Source: Antedon mediterranea
Taxonomy: Eukaryota > Animalia > Echinodermata
Direction of reading: 5' to 3'
Assembly: GCF_964355755.1 (NCBI RefSeq)
Contig: NC_092678.1
Coordinates: forward strand, 14,968,371-15,032,370
DNA length: 64,000 bases
Shown piece by piece: positions 25,621 through 36,281 of the stretch (the first letter of the stretch is position 1; each line of letters starts with the position of its first letter). Made by a program: the position numbers and the translations under genes. Under the pieces are notes generated by a model. The model searched no databases and was not told the origin of the DNA. It saw nothing but the letters and a program-made list of their open reading frames with translations.

Positions 25621-27510
25621 TTAGTTATCCGCACTCAGCGGATAACTCCTTGTAACTGTCCTGTTTCATCATCTTTTTTTTTTTTCTGTATTATTCTTCT
25701 TTCTTTCTGTCATTTTTGTGCAGAGCGTATCTCTAAAACGTGTAAAGTTAACATTTTATAACTTTGTCAACATATGGGCAATCACGTGAAGTTGTGCTTT
25801 CCTATTTTTGAATGACGCCAGAGTTGCGCAACATGACTTACGCGCGTTTTGATGAATTTCGCGTATTTAACATAGATCGAAAACCATATAACAATTTAAA
25901 TTGAAACTTAGCAAAAGTCTAATTTATATCGTGCGCTAACGTTTTGTGCACTAAAAATGGCATGTTTTAAAAGAAGTTACGCGCGCACGCGCGTTTAAAA
26001 TTTTCATAATGTGAAAAATCAATTTCTAATCAACTTTCTACGCGTTAAAGTTAACATTTTATAACTTTGTCAACATATGGGCAATCACGTGAAGTTGTGC
26101 TTTCCTATTTTTGAATGACATCAGAGTTGCGCAACATGACTTATGCGCGTTTTTATGAATTTCGCGTATTTAACATAGATCGAAAACTATATAACAATTT
26201 AAATTGAAACTTAGCAAAAGTCTAATTTATATCGTGCGCTAACGTTTTGTGCACTAAAAATGGCATGTTTTACACGAAGGTACGCGCGCACGCGCGTTTA
26301 AAATTTTATAATGCAAAAAATCAATTTCTAATCAACTTTCTACGCGTTTCATGTCATTTTGAGCATGTCAAAAATTCCCACACGTGCGCAAATTTTTACG
26401 CGCGCGGTGCACACGTAGCATTAAAAACGTCATTTTTTCGAGTGATTTATGTTTTTCCAGCCTTTTCTAGTAATTTTACCAACTTTTAAACAATTTCGAC
26501 TTCAAATTACGTCATACGAGCACGTAGAATATGATAATTTGTGCGCTTCTTTGATGAAAAACTTCAAAAATTCGTCAAAATTAAGCCTTTTTTTAAACAA
26601 TCGTAGTTTCTAAACTAAAAGGTAAAAATTATTTTTATTACATATTCTGGAAGTTGATGAGTTGTAGATATCAGATCATGCATTAATATGGCTAACCGGA
26701 CATTGTGACGTCATCGTATGGCCACGTGAAAATGAAATTTAGGATTTTTGTATCTTTTGTCATAACTCCTCACATTTAATAGAGCGCATCTCCACTTATC
26801 CGTTTTCCATTTTCACCCCGATTTTGATATTGTCTAGGTCACTCAACTATCTTTAGCATGAGATAAAAATATTTTAATTTGTATAACGTCATCATGCCTA
26901 AACATTTTAATTACGTGGGTCATTAATTTCATCTTTACAGTAATTTTTAATCTGTAATAGCTCGTAAGAATAAAATGTGATAATCACGATTAAAACGTTT
27001 TCTGGAAGCTATTGGATTGTAGATACGAAATCATGTGAACTTTTCGCTAATCGGATGTTGTGATGTCATCATATGGCCAGTTAAATAAAAAAAGTCGTAT
27101 TTTCATATTTTGCGTCATAGTTCATTACATTTAAAAGAGCGCGCATTAATATTTCACGTATTAAAATTTCTTCTACACGTTAATATATTATTGTTGCTGA
27201 GATAATTTCCTTCCGAAATTGCTACCTTCGCGTTTCATTTTAAAACCGTCAACATGTTAAAAATTGCAATAAATAGCGGGTCCCGTAATTTCACCTATTC
27301 TACACTGTATGTGATATGTATACAGATTATACTGTGTATACTATATGACACAAAATAACAGAATTCAGCAATAACAACATATCATTATTCTTCAGTTCAG
27401 GTCATAATGCCATAATATTTTTCTGTGTGCAATATCCCAACGTATGACATGCACGTGGCGTTTGTCATGCGGATAACTAACTCGTCAAAGTGATGAGTTT
27501 CATGTCTAGT
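25621..27510 (+). mobile_element. Non-autonomous Helentron/Helitron2-type element with an internal ~303-bp tandem duplication
   Basis: Subterminal IRs TTAGTTATCCGCA (25621) and TGCGGATAACTAA (27468), a local 5' inverted copy, 3' hairpin AACTCGTCA-aag-TGATGAGTT, and CTAGT end; repeat units start at 25744 and 26047. Confidence 0.7.
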
Positions 27511-27676
27511 TTAATTTCTTGCTGAATGAAAATAAATGAATTAAATGTACACTTGTATCAATGCTATTTTTTATATTACACACATAGTCAACCATTTTAA
27601 AACATAACGGTAATGCAGCATTGGCCTATTTTTGTTCACCTTTTATTTATTTATTATTAATTTTGAAATTTGTTTT

Positions 27677-27822
27677 CACTGCTTAAAATCCATCGAAAAA
27701 AACACCACAGTGTATAAGCATAGGCGTTTGTCACCGGCGTTTTTTTTCGCGGTGCAGTCGCGGCGCCTATGCTTATTATAGTTATACACTGTGGGGTTTT
27801 TTTCAATGGATTTTAAACAGTG
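27677..27822. mobile_element. Palindromic MITE with CACTG...CAGTG ends
   Basis: ~50-bp imperfect arms cactgcttaaaatccatcgaaaaaaacaccacagtgtataagcataggcg / cgcctatgctta..tacactgtggggttttttcaatggattttaaacagtg. Confidence 0.7.
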
Positions 27823-28019
27823 ACAAAATTTTTTTCTTTTTTTAAATTACACAGTTATGTAGGCTAATCTTTTAAGAACATTTTACAGTAAAAATTTTGT
27901 CCATACGACTGTCCGTTGAGGAGTTACGAATTTTTAAGTAAGTTGTCATCCGAAAATAGGCTGAAAACGCTGTTATTCTGTTGTTGGTTACGCTTCGTTG
28001 CACGGCATTGTTTGTCATC

Positions 28020-28601
28020 GATCAAACGATCATAGAATACTAATCAATAAAATGAAATGCTATGTCATACGTGGTATTGTGTTAGACTGGTTCAGGAGTT
28101 ACCTAAACCACAGAACTCAGTATGTTACTATTGAATCACACAAATCAATAAAAAGAGAAGTAAAAGTTGGTGTTCCACAGGGATCTATCATTGGCCCATT
28201 GCTATTTTTGTTATTTATAAATGACATACTTTGTGTAAGCAAAGTTGTCGAACTTATTATATTCGCGGACGATACAAACATATTCCTCAAACATAATGAC
28301 CCCATAGTTGCATGTAATATACTAAACTGCGAATTACAACGACTAACCACTTGGTTTAGAGCTAACAAACTCTCAATTAATACAAATAAAACTAAATATA
28401 TAATCTTTAGAGGGCGCCAGAATTCAACCGACTTCACAGACATGCAACTATACGTAAATAACACCACACTCGAAGAGGTAACCCATATCAAATTCTTAGG
28501 AGTTACCATAGACAAATTTTTGTCCTTCTGTACCCATATTGATGGCATTGCAAACAAAGTTTCAAAGATAATAGGAATTCTGAATAAATAAAGTATTTTT
28601 T
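28020..28601 (+). mobile_element. 5'-truncated L2/CR1-group LINE RT, left part (interrupted by L1/Tx1)
   Basis: GVPQGSIIGPLLFLLFIND..FADDTN..KFLGVTID..KIIGILNK; continues after 33897. Confidence 0.9.
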
Positions 28602-28765
28602 GGATAACGGATGACTTTACCCCAAATCTGAGAACAAAGAGGAAGCGGTTGTGGGCCAAACGTAAGAGACTGTTAGAGGAGAAACCCGGCAGAAAAGTTT
28701 TCTTAAATTACCCGGCTGTATTAAGAATTGTAGAAGAAGACGGAAGTTCGAGACTAGTGCAGTAA
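28601..28765 (+). pseudogene. C-terminal remnant of L1-type ORF1
   Basis: WITDDFTPNLRTKRKRLWAKRKRLLEEKPGRKVFLNYPAVLRIVEEDGSSRLVQ*, matching the L1 ORF1 CTD pattern D.....R..L.YPA.L.I. Confidence 0.7.
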
Positions 28766-28862
28766 ATCTGTCTGTATAAGGCTGTAATTTAACTTTAAAA
28801 ACATAACTCTGTGTCGCTATATGATATATTAATTTATCCAACAATGTACTGATATTGTATGT

Positions 28863-29654
28863 ATGCCTGTTAGGGGTATATCAGTGATGATTGTATTGAT
28901 ACTTATCTTTTTTCGCTACTTTTTTCGTTGCTTAAAAAAGAAAATTAGGCTATTATTATATTTGAAGAGAATTTATGTTTCGGGGGTATGGAAGGGGGAA
29001 GGATATACCGGGTTTTTTTATCCTTTGTTGGGTGGGTTTTCTTTGTTTCTCTTTTTTTATTTTATTTTATTTTTACTCTATAACAAAAAAAAACTGAACA
29101 CATATGCTAATTTTAACACGAGGTATGATCGAACAATTGGTAATCTGAATACAAAAGTAATACGCATTGCCACAGCACAGGGCTATTTTGGACTGCGATT
29201 ACATACAAATTTTACTTTACCTAATGATCTTGGAAAATGTAGTTGCCCACTGATAATTAATAATAAAAATTACTGGATACTTGAGGTTAATACTAATTAC
29301 GACTCTTTCATTTCGGCCGGAACATGGTGTATAGACATTGTTGGGCCCCTTAAAAACTTCAGAAAAAATACTGTTAAAATAAAAGAAAATATAGGAGAGC
29401 AATCAAGTAAACTTATAATTGTCTGTAATAAAAATTTAATTAACATAAAATGCAAATTTTACGAACGTAGTAAAATACAATGCAATAGAATCAGTCCGTT
29501 ACTCATCGAAGCTAAAACAATTTTTGGACTGCTATGGTTTATGGTTGTTGCACAAAACAACCATTATGACACCATATATACCCTTGCTTTATTATTTTAT
29601 CTACCGTTATATATAAACAAAATAAGTAAAAAAATAACAATAAAAAATGTCTAA
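28863..29654 (+). CDS. Hypothetical 263-aa ORF in the inter-ORF region of the L1/Tx1 element, with hydrophobic segments
   Basis: Stop-free for 263 codons in AT-rich DNA; overlaps the ORF2 ATG by 8 nt; no recognisable domain. Confidence 0.35.
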   Translation: MPVRGISVMIVLILIFFRYFFRCLKKKIRLLLYLKRIYVSGVWKGEGYTGFFYPLLGGFSLFLFFYFILFLLYNKKKLNTYANFNTRYDRTIGNLNTKVIRIATAQGYFGLRLHTNFTLPNDLGKCSCPLIINNKNYWILEVNTNYDSFISAGTWCIDIVGPLKNFRKNTVKIKENIGEQSSKLIIVCNKNLINIKCKFYERSKIQCNRISPLLIEAKTIFGLLWFMVVAQNNHYDTIYTLALLFYLPLYINKISKKITIKNV

Positions 29655-32600
29655 TAATAATAATACGCTATCAATAGTTTCAATGAACTGTCGAGGTCTA
29701 GCAGAAAAATCAAAACGCAGAGATGTGTTACACTATCTAAAGTCAAAAAAATACAATATTATTTGCCTCCAAGATGTACACTTCTCGGCAGAAACTGAGT
29801 CACTTGTTAGATTGGAGTGGGGCCTTGATTGTTTTTTTAGTTCATATCGTAGTAATGCAAGGGGAGTCGCAATCTTGTTCAATAATAACTTTCCCTACAC
29901 TGTTACAAAGCATAAAAAAGATAATGATGGAAATATGTTAGCTTTGGAGGTAAAGGTTGACGATCTAAAATTTACGCTAATCTCAATGTATGGGCCCAAC
30001 AACGACACCCCCGGTTTTTACGACAAAATGAGGGAAGTTGTTTTAGAACATGAAAACCCACATAATATCGTTTGCGGCGACTGGAACTGTATTTTGGACA
30101 AAAAATTAGACTGTAAAAATTACCTAAAACTTAATAATCCAAAGGCAAGAGAAAAGATAATAAATATTTGTAGTGAATTTAATCTTACAGATGTTTGGCG
30201 TGTTTACAACCGAGATGAACAAAAGTTTACCTGGAGACAGAATAAATTCAATAAACAAGCCAGGCTTGATTATTTCCTAATCTCATCTGAACTAAACAGC
30301 AAAATGCTGGATTGTAATATAAAACCAGGTTACCGAACCGATCACTCACTCGTAGATATTAAAATGACGATGAACCAGATAAAATACGGGCCAGGATACT
30401 GGAAATTTGACAATACCTTATTAAAAGATATTCAATACGTGCAACAATTTAAAGAAACCATAAATAGAGTCCTAAAACAATATATAGTGCAAAACGAAAA
30501 AGATAATAAAGATGCTAATAAAGCGCTGTTTAGCATCAGTGATCAACTTCTTTTAGAAATGATATTAATGGAAATTAGAGCAAAAACAATTTCTTACGGG
30601 GCTTATAAGAAAAAGATTGAAAATAAAAAAGAAAAAGAATTAGAAAGGGAAATAGAAAAAATAACACTTGATATCAATAAGGGCGACGCCACGTTAAATG
30701 GTACACTAGAAATTAAGTCCGGCGAACTTATGAGTATCAGAAAAGTGAAGATGGAAAGAATAATGATGAAAACTAAACTTAAATGGATCGAAGAAGGCGA
30801 AAGGCCGACCAAATTTTTTCTTAATATGGAAAAGAAAAATTTTGTTGATAAAACTATAAATAAAATAGTAAAGGAAAGCAACAATAGTATTCTGCAAAAC
30901 ACAAATGAAATTCTTGTTGAGTCTAGACAATTTTATAAAAACCTTTATTCCTCAAACCACAATACAGATGATGAAAAAAATATTGTAAAACTTCTTAAAA
31001 CTATGAATACATTACCAACATTAACAAAAGAACAACAAAATAAAATTGAAGGGCCAATTACTTATAACGAACTTTTAGTGGCTCTTAAGAGGTCACAAAA
31101 TGGAAAGTCACCTGGTATTGACGGCTTTAGCTATGAGTTTTTTAAGTTCTTTTTTGCGGATTTAGTTTACTATCTTTTGAGAGCTATTAACGAGTCGTAT
31201 AACTCAGGTCAACTGTCAACTTCCCAAAAGTCAGGAATAATTACTTTACTCCCTAAGAGGGATAAACCCAGAGAGTATCTAAAAAACTGGAGACCTATTA
31301 CCCTGTTAAGTGTCACTTATAAACTTGTTTCGTCATGCATTGCAGAACGAATAAAATCGGTCCTTGATATATTAATTAGTGAACGACAGAAAGGATTTAT
31401 TAATGGGAGATATATAGGCGAAAATACAAGACTTATGTATGAAGTTATTCAAATTTGTGAAAAGAAGAAAATCCCTGGTCTGCTTTTACTGATAGACTTT
31501 GAAAAAGCGTTCGACTGCATTTCTCACACATTTGTTAACTGCGTTCTTAAACATTTTAACTTCGGACAATCCATTCAAAAATGTGTGAAAGTACTATATA
31601 AAGATGCAAGATCCTCAGTTCTTGTCAATGGCTTTCTCTCCGAATCATTCTTAATCGAAAGAGGATGTAGACAAGGGGATGGGCTGAGTCCATACCTGTT
31701 TCTTCTGTGCGCAGAAATTTTATCCTCAATGATATCTGAAAATAAACAAATTAAAGGAATATCAATTGCAAATCATGAGTATCGATTATCTCAGTATGCG
31801 GACGACACTGTATTGTTTCTTGACGGTAAAGAGAAGTCAATGCACGAAGCATTTAAGACTCTCGACGTATTTTCCAAAATTTCCGGGCTAAAAGTGAATG
31901 TGAACAAAACAAATGCTGTCTGGGTTGGCTCTTTTAAAGACCGAGGTGACTCAATATGCGAAAACTATAATATAAAATGGATCAAACATGGAGAACCCTT
32001 TGAATCATTGGGTATTCGGTTCAGTACAAATTTAAATAAAATGGTAGATTTGAACTATGAAGACGTATATAAATCAATTAAAAATACAATGAGACATTGG
32101 TCAAAAAGAAACTTAACTGTTTTGGGAAGAATCACGGTAGTGAAGTCTTTATTACTGTCCAAACTTACCTATATCCTTTCGACATTACCCGATCCCCCTG
32201 AAAATGTAATAAAATCACTTAAGTCAGAACTATATCGTTTCATATGGAAAGGGGTGGATAGAATATCCAGAGATCAACTTATACAAGAAAATAAATTTGG
32301 AGGCTTACGAATGGTCGATATAAACGCATATATTCAATCGGTAAAAATCACGTGGGTTAGACGGTTAGTAACGTCCAATGAGACGGGATGGGCTCTTTTA
32401 GTTCCACTCGTGTTGAATATTCATAAAACTTGGCTCATAGAAGGCGGATCATCGAAATTAATCAAATTAGCGAAGGTTAAGCCTTACAATGCATTTTGGC
32501 TGGATGTAATAAAGGCGTGGTGCGTATTTGTGAAACACAACACTCCTATGAGCACCGAATCGATATGTAGACAAACACTCTGGATGAATGATAATATTAA

Positions 32601-33363
32601 AGTCGGCGGAGAAAGTATCTATTATAAAAACTGGAGTAATCATGGGGTGAATTTTATAAATGATTTAGTTGATAGACATGGAATAACTCCATTAAAACAA
32701 CTTAGTAAACGTCATAATCTTAACATCAACTTTCTTCAATATGAAGGCCTAATACATGCGGTCAGACAACATACGTCTTTATATCAAATTTCTCCAAAAG
32801 GAAAAATAAATAGCCCACTACTACCTTTTAACCTTAGCGTAGTAACAAAAAATAAAAAAGGATCAAAGCTAATTTATAATACTCTAATCAACTCTAGAAA
32901 AAAACAATCGAAAGCTAAAATTAAGTGGGAGAAGGCATTGGATACTTTATATGTTGATAAAGAGTGGGAAATTATTAATACCATGTTTTTCTCACTTACT
33001 ATGTCCACACCACTAATCTGGTTTCAATATAAAATTGTGCATAGAATTTTAGGTAATAACTCCTTTTTGTATAAAATTGGGAAAATTGACTCACCTTTAT
33101 GTGCTTTATGTAAAGCAGAAACAGAAACCTTAATACATATTTTTGCACAATGCTGTGAAATTAAAATATTTTGGAGAAAGATTAAACAATGGTTGAAATC
33201 ATATTTTAATATAAATGTAATTATCAACCCCGAATTATGCCTTTTTGGAGTTAGAAAAAAACCATTTAAAGCCCTAAATACTATTTTACTAATTTGTCGA
33301 CACTACATATATAGCTGTAAAATGAGAAAAATTAAGCCCAATATTGTTCGATTCGTGAATTAG
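29647..33363 (+). CDS. L1/Tx1 ORF2: APE endonuclease, RT, Cys/His zinc finger; probable premature TAG, frame continues to 33477
   Basis: SMNCRGL, LQDVH, GDWN, RLDYFL, TDH; KSPGIDG, NWRPITLL, DFEKAFD, GCRQGDGLSP, QYADD; CALC..ETLIHIF.QC. Confidence 0.95.
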   Translation: MSNNNNTLSIVSMNCRGLAEKSKRRDVLHYLKSKKYNIICLQDVHFSAETESLVRLEWGLDCFFSSYRSNARGVAILFNNNFPYTVTKHKKDNDGNMLALEVKVDDLKFTLISMYGPNNDTPGFYDKMREVVLEHENPHNIVCGDWNCILDKKLDCKNYLKLNNPKAREKIINICSEFNLTDVWRVYNRDEQKFTWRQNKFNKQARLDYFLISSELNSKMLDCNIKPGYRTDHSLVDIKMTMNQIKYGPGYWKFDNTLLKDIQYVQQFKETINRVLKQYIVQNEKDNKDANKALFSISDQLLLEMILMEIRAKTISYGAYKKKIENKKEKELEREIEKITLDINKGDATLNGTLEIKSGELMSIRKVKMERIMMKTKLKWIEEGERPTKFFLNMEKKNFVDKTINKIVKESNNSILQNTNEILVESRQFYKNLYSSNHNTDDEKNIVKLLKTMNTLPTLTKEQQNKIEGPITYNELLVALKRSQNGKSPGIDGFSYEFFKFFFADLVYYLLRAINESYNSGQLSTSQKSGIITLLPKRDKPREYLKNWRPITLLSVTYKLVSSCIAERIKSVLDILISERQKGFINGRYIGENTRLMYEVIQICEKKKIPGLLLLIDFEKAFDCISHTFVNCVLKHFNFGQSIQKCVKVLYKDARSSVLVNGFLSESFLIERGCRQGDGLSPYLFLLCAEILSSMISENKQIKGISIANHEYRLSQYADDTVLFLDGKEKSMHEAFKTLDVFSKISGLKVNVNKTNAVWVGSFKDRGDSICENYNIKWIKHGEPFESLGIRFSTNLNKMVDLNYEDVYKSIKNTMRHWSKRNLTVLGRITVVKSLLLSKLTYILSTLPDPPENVIKSLKSELYRFIWKGVDRISRDQLIQENKFGGLRMVDINAYIQSVKITWVRRLVTSNETGWALLVPLVLNIHKTWLIEGGSSKLIKLAKVKPYNAFWLDVIKAWCVFVKHNTPMSTESICRQTLWMNDNIKVGGESIYYKNWSNHGVNFINDLVDRHGITPLKQLSKRHNLNINFLQYEGLIHAVRQHTSLYQISPKGKINSPLLPFNLSVVTKNKKGSKLIYNTLINSRKKQSKAKIKWEKALDTLYVDKEWEIINTMFFSLTMSTPLIWFQYKIVHRILGNNSFLYKIGKIDSPLCALCKAETETLIHIFAQCCEIKIFWRKIKQWLKSYFNINVIINPELCLFGVRKKPFKALNTILLICRHYIYSCKMRKIKPNIVRFVN

Positions 33364-33896
33364 ATTAAGTTACACGTTAAACAAGAAGAATTTATTTTGA
33401 AAACCAAAGGGGAGCATCATACTTACTTAAACAAATGGAGTCCTTTCTTGGAAAAACATGAACTTATTGACTGGTAACTTTGCATTAAAAAAAAAGGACT
33501 TAGTACTGTTTTTTATAATATGTTTTTTAATCCTGAATTATTTATACACTTTTATGATCTGTTTATTTAGTAAGTTATAACTATATATTTGAATAAGAAA
33601 GTTTTATGTTTAATTAAATTATTTAGTTGAAATATGTTATAAAAAAAAAAATTGACAACAAATTATTTATAGACTTTGTTTTTAAGAAAAAAGAAAAAGT
33701 AGATTTATATTTATTACATCATGAAATTATTTATAGTTTGTTCTTAAGAGAAATGTATATTATATATTATTATTATTTAAAAAGTGTTATTATTTATATT
33801 GTGTATTACTATTAATAAGAAAGTGTTATTATTTTAAGCTATTTTTTAAATTTAAATATGAAAGTGTTCAATAAAAAAAAAAAAAAAAAAAAAAAA

Positions 33897-35062
33897 AAAG
33901 TATTTTTTACAATATATGACTCTATTGCAAATTTATAATTCTATAATCCTTCCCCATTTAACGTATGCAATAGTAGTATGGGGCTCCTTCGGACCAAGTA
34001 AATTAAACCGACTTCACATCCTCCAGAAAAAAGCACTACAAATTATATGCAAAGTCCACTATCAACATCCTTCCCAACCGCTATTTATACAAACCAACAC
34101 ATTAAATATATTCGATCTTTATGAAAAACATATGGCAATACTACTCTTCCAATTTCATAATAAACAGCTCCCAATTACGTTTGACACTGACTTTCAAACA
34201 ATTGAATCAACACATAATTATGATACCAGGAATAAAAAAAACTATACCACTGTACTAAAAAGAACCAAAATAGGACAACAGAGTATATGCTATATGCCAA
34301 GACATGGAATAGCCTTGAAAACTCAGTAAGAGAAATCAAGAGTATAAGACTATTTAAAAAAACAATTCATATTAATCTCCTCAAAAAATATTCTAATACC
34401 TAAAATCACAACGTATTATGAACAAAATATTTATCATTATCGATTTCTTTTTTTTTTCTTTTTTTTTATGAATGATCTATTCTGGTCATATTTTTGAAAT
34501 TGTTATTACATGTATAATAATATATATATTTTTTTTATTATTCAACTGTCATTTATGATTATTGCTTATTGTCTCTATTGTTTACATATATATTTACTAA
34601 TTGTTATTGTTTTTATTGTAATTTATTTATTTATTTATTTTTTCCAATTTTTAATTGTTACATAGGACATCACATTTTAAAGCTTTGCTTATAGTGATGC
34701 CCGATTCAATCAATCAATATATTACTTTTGCTTAAAACCATGTTCAACTGTGTGCCGTTGCCAATATACAGTAATCTCCCTAAACACTGCTACTTTTAAT
34801 ACTTACAATATTATATGTTTTCATCTTTTCCATTGATTGTAAACCTCTAATTAAACTTTCCAGTATTTTATTATTCAACTTCTGTTTCCAATAATATTCA
34901 ATATAAACAATTAATTTTTATTATTATCATTACTGTAAATAATCATTGTATATATTTTATAATTAATATTTTATTGGTCTTGTTTTTTTGTAAAAATCTA
35001 CTGTAATATTATATCTTATTGTTGTTACCATTATAACAAATGTACGATTGATTGAATAAAGT
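33897..35062 (+). mobile_element. Right part and 3'UTR of the interrupted L2/CR1-group LINE
   Basis: TLLQIYNSIILPHLTYAIVVWG..LQKKALQII..HNYDTRN (33916-34329) followed by an AT-rich tail; right boundary approximate. Confidence 0.8.
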
Positions 35063-35402
35063 TCACATATACATGAAGATGTCTTCCGTTTCGTGAAAAA
35101 TCTATCATTACAAAAAAAATTCAGAAATTTGTCTGTCCAGCGTCAGCGTGTGCCACACTGATATGACCCTTTGCCAATACATATACAGTATATAGTTATG
35201 CCTATGTATGCCTAACATGCATGTTAGGTGGAAGGCCAAACCGTTCGAATTCCCTGGCCTGACGAGCGTCTCTAGTAGTAGTACAGTACTATAGTAGTAC
35301 AGAGTAGGCCTAGCCTAACCGATCGTCTGCTGCGCGCGGCCTTTGCAATGGTGGTAGCTGACAACAACAGTTGCTAATTTACAAGGTAGTACAACTGACC
35401 TG

Positions 35403-35837
35403 TTGGCAAAAATTAACAAGACGGAACGCTTTTCTCGTCGTAATAACGTAAGAATTGTTGGTGTGGAAGAGAACACAAAAGAAAACTGTAAGTTAATCTT
35501 TGAGAACATTCTTTCCGATTTTTTCACACTCGATCCCAGGCCAACAATCGAACGGGCCCACCGAGATGGTAAAAGTATGAACGGCAAGCCAAGGCATATC
35601 ATTGCCCGTTTTCTCTCATACGCTTCTAAGATTGAAGTTATGAAACAACGAAGTTCTGCGCTAGATAGCCAGAAATTTTATATCATAGATGATCTTACTG
35701 CTGCCGATCTACTGGAAAAAAAGAAATGGAGATCACAAGTAAAAGAGATGTACAATAAAGGTACCAAGCTTCGTTTTACGGCTGGAAAATGGCGAAATTC
35801 AACTGGCATTCCGGTAAACTTTTCGAAATTCCATTGA
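35403..35837 (+). pseudogene. LINE ORF1 C-terminal half (L1-like RRM/CTD type)
   Basis: SRRNNVRIVGVEE..IERAHR..KPRHIIARF..FYIIDDL; the N-terminal coiled coil is largely missing. Confidence 0.8.
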
Positions 35838-36281
35838 AATAGTTCCGGTAAACTTTTCGAAATTCCATTGCCATACTAGTGATCGGAATGTTGTTGTAAA
35901 CACTTGGACTGTCTAAGAAGCATTTCTTCTTTACAAATTCAATCCATTATTAATTTTACAACAGACTAAGAATCTTTTATCCATTATTTTCCTTACATCT
36001 GCATACTTTGCTTAATTTGTATAAGCCTCTTGATTGATTTTACATAATAATTTTACAATAGCGTTTTCAGGAGTCTGTTCTCACATAATTGCATTGTCAT
36101 AAGATGTTTAAACCACTTAAAACCATTTATTCACCTTTGTTTTATTGTTACCCCCCAATTCTTAACTTGCTTCTTTATATTTACGTTCTTTTACTTTTCT
36201 GTTTTTACGTAACATTACCAGGCATCTTTTATTACATACTATTGAATAAACTGATCACATTATGTATCGTTAGATATTCTC

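Larger units (their letters stand above)
28602..33896 (+). mobile_element. L1/Tx1-clade LINE, 5'-truncated within ORF1, with poly(A) tail and TSD
   Basis: TSD AAAGTATTTTTT at 28590-28601 and 33897-33908; AATAAA running into poly(A) at ~33870-33899; host reading frame resumes with KYFL. Confidence 0.93.
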
